This document shows positions 27,341 to 40,370 of a stretch of DNA of 64,000 nt, piece after piece (within the stretch, counting starts at the first letter, position 1; every line of letters starts with the position of its first letter). The position numbers were made by a program, and so were the translations under genes. The DNA comes from Pristiophorus japonicus (taxonomy: Eukaryota). The notes under the pieces are model-generated. The model searched no databases, had not been told where the DNA came from, and was given only the letters and a program-made list of their open reading frames with translations. Location of the stretch: assembly GCF_044704955.1 (NCBI RefSeq), contig NC_091977.1, forward strand, positions 542,376,001 to 542,440,000, written 5' to 3'.

Positions 27341-29395
27341 AACATAGAAACATAGAAAATAGGTGCAGGAGTAGGCCATTCAGCCCTTCGAGCCTACACC
27401 GCCATTCAATAAGATCATGGTTGATCATGCAACTTCAGTACCCCATTCCTGCTTTCTCTCCATACCCCTTGATCCCTTTAGCTGCAAGAGCCATATCTAA
27501 CTCCCTCTTGAACATAACTGGCCTCAACAACTTTCTGTGGTAGAGAATTCCACAGGTTCACAACTCTGAAGAAGTTTCTCCTCATCTCGGTCCTAAATGA
27601 CTTACCCCTCATCCTTAGACTGTGGCCCCTGGTTCTGGACTTCCCCAACATCGGGAACATTCTTCCCGCATCTAATCTGTTCAAACCCTTCAGAATTTTA
27701 GATGCTTCTATGAGATCCCCTCTCATTCTTCTGAACTCGTGAATATAAGCCTAGTCGATCCAGTCTTTCTTCATAGGTCAGTCCTGCCATCCCAGGAATC
27801 AGTCTGGTGAACCTTCGCTGCACTCCCTCAATAGCAAGAATGTCCTGGTCTCCTAATCTGAGGAAGAATGGCACAATACTCAAAGTGAGGTCTCACCAAG
27901 GCCCTGTACAACTGCAGTAAGACCTCCCTGCTCATATACTCAAATCCCCTAGCTATGAAGGCCAACATACCATTTGCCTTCTTCACCGCCTGCATGACAA
28001 CCTTCAATGACTGATGTACCATGACACCCAGGTCTCGTTACACCTCCCCTTTTCCTAATCGGCCACCATTCAGATAAAATTCTGCCTTTGTTTTTGCCAA
28101 CAAATGGAGAACCTCACATTTATCCACATTGGGCAAATGCATGGCAGATGTAGTATACTCACCTAACTTGTCCAAGTCACCCTGCAGCCTCTTAGCATCC
28201 TCCTCACAGCTCACACTGCCACCCAGCTTAGTGTCATCTGCAAACTTGGAGATATTACACTCAATTCTTTCGTGTATATTGCAAATAGCTGGGGTTCCAG
28301 CACTGAGCCCTGCGGCACTCCATTAGTCACTGCCTGCCATTCTAAAAAGGACCCGTTTATCCCGACTCTCCGCTTTCTGCCTGCCAACCAGTTCTCTATC
28401 CACGTCAGTACATTACCCCCAATACAGTTGTACAGGGCATTGGTGAGGCCACACCTGGAGTATTGTGTACAGCTTTGGTCTCCTAACCTAAGGAAGGACA
28501 TTCTTGCTATTGAGGGAGTGCAGCGAAGGTTCACCAGACTGATTCCCGGGATGGCGGGACTGACCTATCAAGAAAGATTGGATCAACTGGGCTTGTATTC
28601 ACTGGAGTTCAGAAGAATGATAGGGGATCTCATAGAAACATTTAAAATTCTGACAGGTTTAGACAGGTTAGATGCAGGAAGAATGTTCCCAATGTTGGGG
28701 AAGTCCAGAACCAGAGGTCACAGTCTAAGGATAAGGGGTAAGCCATTTAGGACCGAGATGCAGATGAACTTCACCCAGAGAGTGGTGAACCTGTGGAATT
28801 CTCTACCACAGAAAGTTGTTGAGGCCAATTCACTAAATATATTCAAAAAGGAGTTAGATGAGGTCCTTACTACTAGGGGGATCAAGGGGTATGGTGAGAA
28901 AGCAGGAATGGGGTACTGAAGTTTCATGTTCAGCCATGAACTCATTGAATGGCGGTGCAGGCTAGAAGGGCCGAATGGCCTACTCCTGCACCTATTTTCT
29001 ATACTATGTGCTTTGATTTTGCACACCAATGTCTTGTGCAGGAGCTTGTCAAAAGCCTTTTGAAAGTCCAAATACACCACATCCACTGGTTCTCCCTTGT
29101 CCACTCTACTAGTTACATCTTCAATAAATTCTAGAAGATTTGTCAAGCATGATTTCCCTTTCATAAATCCATGCTGACTTGGACCAATCCTGTCCCCGCT
29201 TTCCAAATGCACTGCTATTTCACCCTTAATGATTGAATCCAACTTTTTCCCCCACTACTGATGTCAGGCTAACCGGTCTATAATTCCCAGTTTTCTCACT
29301 CACACTTTTAAAAAAAAAAAAAGTGGGGTTACATTAGCTACCCTCTAGTCCATAGGAACTGATCTAGAGTCCATGGAATGTTGGACAATTACCAT
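27341..29395 (-). mobile_element. CR1 RT/3' fragment interrupted by a nested CR1
   Basis: SQHGFMKGKSCLTNLLEF..YLDFQKAFDK and an (ACATAGAA)n tail at 27341. Confidence 0.92.
28424..29000 (+). mobile_element. Young CR1 3' fragment nested antisense in an older CR1
   Basis: Near-identical to 62785-63360; ATAC on both sides. Confidence 0.9.
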
Positions 29396-29489
29396 CTTAC
29401 ATTAAGGCACAATGTAAGTGCAAGTGGTGGTTGTTCCATGGGCCCAATCTCCTTCCCCATGACCCAAGCTGCTCTGTCCCTCCCAGTGT

Positions 29490-29710
29490 CAGCTTAGCTC
29501 CATTTGTACTTCTGCCCCAGTCAGATTCCAGCATTTGAGCACAAAACCCAGAGGGGCAGTACCGAGGGAGCTCTGCACTGCCGGAGGGGCAGTACCCCTT
29601 TTTGGAAGAGATGTTAACAGAGGCCCTGTCTATCCAGGTGCAAAAGGCACTATCCTAAAGCTGGTGTCCTGAGCAATATTTCTCAACTAACATTGCTGAA
29701 CAGATTAACT
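29490..29710 (+). mobile_element. Degenerate Deu-type SINE with about 1.4 copies of the 33-bp unit
   Basis: TTGAGCACAAAA..GGGGCAGTACCGAGGGAGCTCTGCACTGCCGGAGGGGCAGTAC..GGTGTCCTG. Confidence 0.6.
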
Positions 29711-29977
29711 AACCTCAATGTTTTTGTGCTGGTCTGGAATGCACTGCCCAAAAAGGGTGCAGGAAGCAGATTCAAAGTTATTTTCAAGAGGAAATTGGAA
29801 AATACTTGGGGTGAGAGAAATGTGCAGGTCGAAGAGGGAGTCTAATTGAACCGCTGTTGTAAACAGGCAGCACAGGCTCAATGGGCCCAATGGCCTGGTG
29901 CTGTATGATTCTATGGGAAAGAAAATCATGCACTCAGCATTCAGTCATTCCATTGAAAGCAGTTATACACACATGAT

Positions 29978-30002
29978 TTTATTGTTCAAAATACATTTTA
30001 TT
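29978..30002 (-). terminator. Tandem AATAAA signals of actin B
   Basis: TTTATT at 29978 and 29997. Confidence 0.65.
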
Positions 30003-30797
30003 AACTGTTGCAGAATGCTGGTCAGGTGGAAAATACAACACAAGATACTGACACCAAGGGGTTCCAGCAGAGGTTTGAAGCAAACAGCTCCCAGGAGAGA
30101 AGCCATCCCACCATTTCCCCATAAACCAGCACCATCCCATTCAAAGCCCCGATCACCCCTCACTGACTCCTGCCATCACACCAGCAACCTCTCAGGAGGG
30201 ACAGACATTCAATATGAAGCCTCACAAAAATACAAAATTTACTCAGGTACAATGAAGGTCCAACCAAGGCTCAGACTGGAAACCATCCAGGAATGTTGGA
30301 CCTGCTCAAGGGGGAGGAGATGTTGGGACCTCAAGGCCACAAACCCAGTGGGGGAGGGGGTTTGTACAATTCAATATGCCCAAAATCAAACTTTGAACCC
30401 TTCACTTTCTCCAAGGCCCATTATTGTTCTGGATTACCAGGATGGGAGAGAGCAAACGAGATGGACATTTGGTCAATTTACAGTCTCACAGGATAGTAAA
30501 GGGCTAAACCAAACCATTTCTCCCAGGTACCTCAGGCCTCAACAATTTTACAGCTCCAATAAAACATTAGGGTGGGTGAAGGGTTCCATCCCTTTAACTC
30601 TTCCTGTATCCAAGCCAACAGGCAGACCCTGAGAGAGTCGAGACTGATGATCTCAGTAACATGCAACGGCCCAAAACAAACTGAAAATGCAGAAAAGCCA
30701 TCAGCCGGTCAGGCAGCATCTGTTGAGAATTTAAGAAAGGGGACATTTCAGGTATAAATTTACACAGGCCCAAATCAGTTCCGATCCCGACGGCATC

Positions 30798-31802
<1,005 letters not shown>

Positions 31803-32021
31803 CTAGAACAGGGAATAAAACATGCCACAGGAATTAGAGGAACCACTGAGAATTACAGAATAGCACAGCTCAGTATTATTCAATCTGACGCACTGCCCCA
31901 TCAGGCAAATCCAAAAACACTCGTTGCACACAAAAGTTTGCCCCCATGTAACCTCTGCTTCCCTGGCCAATGACCAAATCTGTGCCCTCTGGTTCAAGCC
32001 ATCAGTCAAATGTTGTTTTAA

Positions 32022-33346
32022 TAATGGGATCAATTATTAAAGATGAAATAGCAGCACATTTGGAAAGCAGTGACAGGATCGGTCCAAGTCAGCATGGATT
32101 TATGAAAGGGAAATCATGCTTGACAAATCTTCTGGAATTTGAGGATGTAACTAGTAGAGTGGACAAGGGAGAACCAGTGGATGTGGTGTATTTGGACTTT
32201 CAAAAGACTTTCGACAAGGTCCCACACAAGAGATTGGTGTGCAAAATCAAAGCGCATGGTATTGGGGGCAATGTACTGATATGGATAGAGAACTGGTTGG
32301 CAGACAGGAAGCAGAGAGTCGGGATAAATGGGTCCTTTTCAGAATGGCAGGCAGTGACTAGTGGGGTACCGCAGGGCTCAGTGCTGGGACCCCAGCTATT
32401 TACAATATACATTAATAATTTAGATGAGGGAATTGAGTGCAATATCTCCAAGTTTGCAGATGACACTAAGCTGGGTGGCAGTGTGAGCTGTGAGGAGGAC
32501 ACTAAGAGGCTGCAGGGTGACTTGGACAGGTTAGGCGAGTGGGCAAATACATGGCAGATGCACTATAATGTTGATAAATGTGAGGTTATCCACTTTGGGG
32601 GCAAAAACATGAAAGCAGATTATTATCTGAATGGCAGCAGATTAGGAAAAGGGGAGGTGCAACAAGACCTGGGTGTCATGGTACATCAGTCATTGAAAGT
32701 TGGCATGCAGGTTCAGCAGGTGGTGATAAAGGCAAATGGCATGTTGGTCTTCATAGCTAGGGGATTGGAGTATAGGAGCAGGGAAGTCTCGCTGCAGTTG
32801 TACAGGGCCTCACCTGGAGTATTGTGTACAGTTTTGGTCTCCTAATCTGAGGAAGGACATTCTTGCTATTGAGGGAGTGCAGCAAAAGTTCACCAGACTG
32901 ATTCCCGGGATGGCAGGACTGACATGAGGATTGACTGGATCAACTGGGCCTTTATACACGAGTTTAGAAGGATGAGAGGGGATCTCATAGAAACAGAAGA
33001 TTCTGACGGGACGGGACAGGTTAGATGCGGAAAGAATGTTTCCGATGTTGGGGGAAGTCCAGAACCGGGGGTCATTCTAAGGGGCAAGCCATTTAGGACT
33101 GAGATGAGGAGAAACTTCTTCATTCAGAGTTGTTAACCTATGGAATTCCCTGCTCCAGAGAGTTGTTGAGGCCAGTTCATTGGATATATTCAAGAGGGAG
33201 TTAGATATGGCCCTCACAGCTAAAGGGATCAAGAGGTATGGAGAGAAAGCAGGAAAGGGGTACTGAGGGAATGATCAGCCATGATCTTATTGAATGGTGG
33301 TGCAGGCTCGAAGGGCCGAATGGCCTGCTCCTGCACCTATTTTCTG
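32022..33346 (+). mobile_element. CR1 RT/3' fragment specific to actin B intron 2
   Basis: 291-aa RT fragment (QHGFMKGKSCLTNL..KFADDTK); absent at the equivalent site in A and C. Confidence 0.92.
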
Positions 33347-33372
33347 TAACTCACTACGTTTATAGAATTTGA

Positions 33373-33860
33373 GAACATAAGAAATAGGAGCAGGAGTCAG
33401 CCATACGGCCCCTCGAGCCTGCTCCACCATTTAATACGATCATGGCTGATCCGATCATGGACTCAGGTCCACTCCCTGCCCGCTTCCCATAACTTCTTAT
33501 CGGTTAAGAAACTGTCTATCTCGGTCTTAAATATATTCAATGTTCCAGCTTCCACAGCTCTCTGAGGCAGAGAATTCCACAGATTTACAACCCTGAGAAG
33601 AAATTTCTCCTCATCTCAGTTTTAAATGGGCGGCCCCTTTTTCTAAGATCATGCCCTCTAGTTCTAGTCTCCCCCATCAGTGGAAACATCCTCTCTGCAT
33701 CCACCTTGACACACCCCCTCAATCTTATACATTTTGATATCAACTCATTCTTCTGAATTCCAATGAGTAGAGGCCTAACGTTTTCAACCTTTCCTCACAA
33801 GTCAACCCCCTCATCTCCGGAATCAACCGAGTGAACCTTCTCAACTACCTCCAAAGCAAG
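33373..33860 (-). mobile_element. CR1 3' fragment in actin B intron 2
   Basis: CR1 3' sequence. Confidence 0.88.
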
Positions 33861-34068
33861 ATTGGTGATCAGGAACGATCTAACTGAAAGGGCTTTGGAA
33901 GCAGATTCAATAATAACTTTCAACAGGGAATTGGCTAAATACTTGATGGGAATGACAATGTGAAAGGCTCCAGGGAAAGAGCAGGGTGAGGGGGATTAAT
34001 GGAATGACTCAGAGGCAGCACAGGCATGATGGTCCAAGTGGCCTCCTTCTGTGCCGTATCATTCTATG

Positions 34069-34422
34069 TGTTATATATGTAGACTATATATACTGTGTGT
34101 AGTCACTGTATAGTTGCACAAGATGGAGACTTGTAAACCTCTGATAGTACATCAGGTAACACTGTATATACTATGCTGGCACCACTAGAGGGTGCAACTG
34201 GTGGAGACTGGGGTTTCCTGTCCCTGTGGCAGGGGTTGTCCACCAGAGGGCACTATGGTGGGAGACCCAAGGGTTACCTGCATAGCTGTTCAGGGCCCAG
34301 TATAAAAGGTTGCCCACCACACTTGTGCCTCTCGAGTTACAAATAAATTACCAAGGTCACTACAGTTTGAGTAGAACACATTGTGTCATGGAGTCATTTG
34401 TAAGTGCATTACAGACATAACA
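34069..34422 (+). mobile_element. Solo LTR with 5-bp TSD CTATG
   Basis: TGTTAT...ATAACA termini, TATAAAA, AATAAA, with CTATG on both sides. Confidence 0.88.
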
Positions 34423-34794
34423 CTATGATTCGATGATCAGGAGGATTCAAATTCTGCTCCCTCACGATGTGGATGGTACGCGCCCAGATCTGGGCGTTGG
34501 TTCGAATTCCATTGCAACAGGAACCGTGAAGCTCTTGGGTTGAGCTTACTGCGAGATCAGAGGGGGAGGGGAAGAGAGAAAATTCAGACCTTGGATGGTC
34601 GGATGGGTTAGAGTCCAGGCGATGAGACAATTAAACCATTCCCCACACAACGCAAGAGGCACACTTATCCATTGGCATCGCTGGCAAGGTTAGCAACCGT
34701 TGCACGTGAGTGGGACACGAGACAGGCCCCGGGGAGGGGGGGAGGAGATTCTCAGCGGCTGATGTTCGATCCTTCACTTCTCCAATAAAGGGCT

Positions 34795-34986
34795 GGTTAT
34801 GTATGTAACGTGTATCAGACCACCACCAGAGGGCATACCTGTTGGAGTCCCAGGGGGATCCCAGCATCCCTTGGGAGCACTATATAAACAGGCCTCTCAT
34901 GTGGTACCAACACTCGAGTTAGAATAAATGAGTAAGGTCACACTTATGCCTACAGTACTCCGTTACATTACTTTATGAACAAAGCA
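34795..34986 (+). mobile_element. Solo LTR (family of the 21320 element), TSD GGGCT/GGGTT
   Basis: Similarity to the 21320/25547 LTRs; empty site visible at about 13660 and 40195. Confidence 0.85.
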
Positions 34987-35936
34987 GGGTTAGCATCTAA
35001 ACATTGAAGGGGTGGGAGGGGGAGCGGGAGGGGTTCCAGGGCAGAAACCTGGAGAGCGAGGGACAGAGATGAATCAAATACCCTGGCCAACAGGCCGCTT
35101 AACTTGGAGCCAAGTCAGCTCTGGTGAAGCAGTCAGTCTTTGCAGTGCGAGCCTCGAGTGTCTTGGCAGTGGGACAATTTGGTTCTTGTGTCCTCACACA
35201 AACTTTAAACACCGTACTCTTGTGTTGCAGCAAGATTCAATCAAACCCCGTGCTACAGCAAGACCAGAATATCTCCTGGAAACAATCAAAGAAATCTACG
35301 GCATGGAAGGAGGCCATTCAGCCCATTGTGTTCGTGCCGGCCGACCAAGAGCTACCCAGCCCAATCCCACTTTCCAGCTCTGGGTCCGTAGCCCTGTAGG
35401 TTACAGCACTTCAAGTGAACATCCAGGTACTTTGATACAATGAGGGTCCCTGCCTCTACCACCCTTTTAGGCAGCAAGTTCCAGACCCACCCCCCCTCCC
35501 CCAACCCTCTGGGTGAAAATGGTTCTCCACAAATCCTTCTACCAAATGACTTTAAATCTATGTCCCCTGGTTATTGACCTCTCTGCTCAGGGAAACCGGT
35601 CCTTCCTATCCACTCTATCCAGGCCCCTCAATTTTATACACCTCAATCAGGTCGCCCCTCAGCCACCTCTGTTCCAAAGAAAACAAACCCAGCCTATCCA
35701 ACCCTTCCTCATAACAAATTCTCCAGTCCAGGCAACATCCTCATAAACCTCCTTGCAACTAAAGATGGCCAGGGAGAGTCAGCAATTGCACTCGCGTCTG
35801 CCCCACCCCACATCCCTCGCCCCAAACCTCCCTCAAACCAAACCACATACACAACACCCCACCATCACAGCACTCCCTCCCACCCCAGTGAACATGCTGA
35901 ATCCTGGTAGAAGGTGCATCCAGACAGGAAAGCTCA

Positions 35937-36263
<327 letters not shown>

Positions 36264-36421
36264 TTAATATAGAGACACAAGGACACAGAGCCCAACCACA
36301 CAACACATTGTAGACCAACCCTTCAGCAAGTTAAAGCCAGTCCCACTACCTTGTGACAGAGAATGTAACTCCAACTCCTGGTCCCAGACCCCACACAATA
36401 CTTCCCCTCTCCCAACCCCCT

Positions 36422-36562
36422 TCACTTATAGAGCACTAGGCCCCACCCACATTCCCAGCACATGAGTCAGCCAACCAATCAGACACAGGGGGAGGGACCA
36501 ACACCAGCCACTGAGCTCAGGGGGTGGAGCTCAGCCCAATCACAGGGAGAGAACCCAATCAT
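36422..36562 (-). promoter_or_regulatory. Actin B promoter
   Basis: TATA 36425-36431, AP-1 36463-36469, CCAAT at 36475, 36536 and 36555. Confidence 0.75.
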
Positions 36563-36842
36563 TTCATTTATTGCCAACTTCTTGCCATTATCCAGACTTT
36601 CAAACATAAACATTTTTGTCCTTTTGTGAATTATTTCCAGGATGAATTAGTATTCGCCGTTGGGATTTGACCGTGTAATGGCCGAAATCTCCTCTCCCCA
36701 ATTCCCCGTTAGATGGTGTCTCGGGCTCGGAACCGTTCCCCTCGATACAGGCACCTTCCTGCCTTGCACAGAGCACCAACAAGGAACAACTTGTATTTAA
36801 ATAGTGCCTTTAATGTAGTTAAACCTCACATGGCCCTTCACA

Positions 36843-37692
36843 GGAGCACCACACTGTCGGAGGGGCAGTACTGAGGGAGCTCCGCACTGTCGGAGGGGCA
36901 GTACTGAGGGAGCTCCGCACTGTCAGAGGGGCAGTATTGAGGGAGCGCCGCACTGTCAGAGGGGCAGTACTGAGGGAGCGCCGCACTGTCAGAGGGGCAG
37001 TATTGAGGGAGCGCCGCACTGTCAGAGGGGCAGTACTGAGGGAGTGCCGCACTGTCGGAGGGGCAGTACTGAGGGAGCGCCGCACTGTCGGAGAGCAGTA
37101 CTGAGGGAGCACCTCACTTTCAGAGGGGCAGTACTGAGGGAGTGCCGCACTGTCGGAGGGGCAATACTGAGGGAGCGCCGCACTGTCGGAGGGGCAGTAC
37201 TGAGGGAGGGCCGCACTGTCGGAGGGCAGTACTGAGGGAGTACCGCACTGTCGGAGGGGCAGTACTGAGGGAGGGCCGCACTGTCGGAGGGGCAGTACTG
37301 AGGGAGTGCCGCACTGTCAGAGGGGCAGTACTGAGGGAGTGCCGCACTGTCGGAGGGGCAGTACTGAGGGAGTGCCACACTGTCGGAGGGGCAGTACTGA
37401 GGGAGTGCCGCACTGTCGGAGGGACAGTACTGAGGGAGTGCCGCACTGTCGGAGGGGCAGTACTGAGGGAGCGCTGCACTGTCGGAGGGGTAGTACTGAG
37501 GGAGTGTCGCACTGTCGGAGGGGCAGTACTGAGGGAGCGCTGCACTGTCGGAGGGACAGTACTGAGGGAGTGCCGCACTGTCGGAGGGGCAGTACTGAGG
37601 GAGCACTGCACTGTCGGAGGGGCAGTACTGAGGGAGTGCCGCACTGTCGGAGGGGCAGTACTGAGGGAGCGCTGCACTGTCGGAGGGGCACA
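36843..37692 (+). repeat. 33-bp minisatellite, about 26 units, upstream of actin B
   Basis: Direct inspection. Confidence 0.97.
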
Positions 37693-38143
37693 TTGATTAG
37701 GCAGGGCCAGGGGGCTTAACTGGGGGCCAATGTAGGTCAGCGGGCCCAGGGGTGATGGGTGAGCGGGACTTGGTGTGAGTTTGTGCACGTGCGTGTTATA
37801 TCACCTCTAGTTTACGTTGGATAGAATGTGGGAGGCCAGCCAGGAGTGTGTTGGAATAGTCAAGTCTAGAGGTAACAAAGGCACGGATGAGGGCTTCAGC
37901 AGCGGATGAGCTGAGGCAATGGCGGAGGCGGGCGATGTTACGGAGGTGGAAATAGACGGTCTTAGTTATGCTGCAGATATGTGGCCGGAAGTTCATTTCA
38001 GGGTCAAATATGAGACCCAGGTTGTGAACAGTCTGGTTCAGCCTCAGACAGGAGTTGGGGAGAGGGATGGAGTCAGTGGCTGGGGAACGGAGTTTGTGGC
38101 AGGGACCGAAAACAATGGTACAGGTCTTCCCAATATTGAAGAA
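37693..38143 (-). mobile_element. L2-like fragment (inverted copy of 15715-16165)
   Basis: 116-aa ORF nearly identical to 15712-16062. Confidence 0.8.
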
Positions 38144-38149
38144 CATAAG

Positions 38150-39120
38150 TGTATGTTAACTGGGTTTTACCTGCCACCGGGGGGCGCGACTGTCGGAGTC
38201 CTATTGGTCACTGGCAGACACTGTGCAAGCCGGGTATATAATGTTGGCGGCCATGTCGAATCCTCACTTTGAGAATAAATAAACTGGAGTAAGGCCATGC
38301 CTGAACTAGCTCACCGTACTTAGCCTCGTGGAGTTATTCGATACTTAACAATTGGCGACGAGTTAAATGTTCGAACTTTCATGCAACCATACCTGTTGGA
38401 ATTTTGGAGAGAATCGTGGAAGGGGAAGACTGGGAGGATTTCACTGATTGTCTCGACCAATACTTCGTAGCCAACGGATTGGAAGGAACCGATAACGCAA
38501 TTAAGCACAGGGCAGTTCTCCTCAGCGTTTGTGGGTCAAAGATTTATGGCCTTATCAAGAACCTACTCTCACCGACTTGACCAACGGATAAGACTTACGA
38601 TGAATTGTGTACACTGGTTCGGAACCACTTTAAACTGAAGGAAAGCATCATCGCGGCGAGGTAACGTTTCTATACACGCAATCGCTCCGAGGGCCAGGAT
38701 GTGGTGGAATTTGTCACCGACCTGACACGTCTCGCTGGGCCGTGCAACTTCGGAGCTGCGTTGGAGGAAATGCTGCAGGACCTTTTCGTGCTTGGCATTG
38801 GCCACGAGATCATCCTCCGAAATGATGGCTGCTGAATCTCTAGACCTGAGCAGGGCCATCACGATCGCCCAGGCATGCATGTCCACGGACGAAAACTCGA
38901 AGCAGATATCTTCCCAGCATCGAAACTCACCGGCAAGTTCATAAAATAATATCATCGGCAGGCAGAGCATCACATGGCAGGGCCTGCTCTCCGCAAAGTC
39001 CGCCATCGGGGGTCAATCAAATCTCGCCTTGCTGGCGTTGCAGGGGGCTATCATCGGGCCCATCAATGCCGATTCAAGCAATACGTGGGCAAAGGCTGTG
39101 CAACAACGGGGCACCTCACT
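38150..39120 (+). mobile_element. Truncated Gypsy (LTR 38150-38350, PBS, gag); inverted copy of 14738-15708
   Basis: Reverse-complement match. Confidence 0.85.
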
Positions 39121-40370
39121 GAGGTGGGAGGGAGTGCTGGGGCAGGGGAGGGGTATGAGGGTGGGGCGAGGTATGAGGGTGGGGTGAGGGAGAGAGGGTG
39201 GAGGGAGGGAAGGAGGGTGGGGGGAGGTAGGGAAGGAGGGTGGGGAGAGGGAGGGAGGGGTGGTGGGTGGGGCGGGGGATGTGGGGTGGGGAAGACGCGA
39301 GTGCAGTGGCTGACTCCCCCTGGCCATCTTTAGTTGCCCCATTGGGTGATGGGCGCTGATTCTAATTGGTCTGTTCACAAATGTAAGGCGTGTTTGAGAA
39401 AGATGTGATTGCACGAGAGAGGGTGCAGAGGAGGTTTACGAGGATGTTGCCTGGACTGGAGAATTTTAGCGATGAGGAAAGATTGGATAGGCTGGAGTTG
39501 TGTTCTTTGGAACAGAGGAGGCTGAGGGGAGACCTGATTGAGGTGTATAAAATTATGAGGGGCCTGGATAGAGTGGATAGGAAGGACCTATTTCCCTGAG
39601 CAGAGAGGTCAATAACCAGGGGGCGTAGATTTAAAGTCATTGGTAGAAGGATTTGAGGAGACCCTTTTTCACCCAGAGGGTGTGGGGGTGGGTCTGGAAC
39701 TTGCTGCCTAAAAGGGTGGTAGAGGCATGGACCCTCATTGTATTAAAGTACCTGGATGTTCACTTGAAGTACCGTAACCTACAGGGCTACGGACCCAGAG
39801 CTGGAAAGTGGGATTGGGCTGGGTAGCTCTTGGTCGGCCGGCACGGACACGATGGGCTGAATGGCCTCCTTCCGTGCCGTAGATTTCTTTGATTGTGTTT
39901 CCAGGGAGATATTCTGGTCTTGCTGTGGCACGGGGTTTGATTGAATCTTGCTGCAACACAAGAGTACGGTGTTTAAAGTTTGTGTGAGGACCCAAGAACC
40001 AAATTGTCCCACTGCCAAGACATTCGAGGCTCACACTGCAAAGACTGACTGCTTCACCAGAGCTGACTTGGCTCCAAGTTAAGCGGCCTGTTGGCCAGGG
40101 TATTTGATTCATCTCTGTCCCTCGCCCTCCAGGTTTCTGCCCTGGAACCCCTCCCGCTCCCGCTCCCCACCCCTTCAATGTTTAGATGCTAACCCTTTAT
40201 TGGAGAAGTGAAGGATTGAACGTCAGCTGCTGAAAATCTCCCCCCCTCTCCGTCTCGTGTCCCACTCACGTGCAACGGTTGATAACCTTGCCAGCGATGC
40301 CCATAGCCTGCCAATGGATAAGTGTCTCTCTTGCTTTGTGTGGGGAGTAATTTAATTCTCTCGTCGCCTG

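Noticed and set aside
29898-30632. 244-aa ORF antisense to the actin B 3'UTR
   Set aside because: It is broken into different frames in the A and C paralogs and has no recognisable domain
40355-40370. PBS-like CTCGTCGCC next to the LTR suggesting a second opposed element
   Set aside because: The paralogous intron copies read CTCATCGCCTGGACTC as ordinary flank, so this is a chance resemblance
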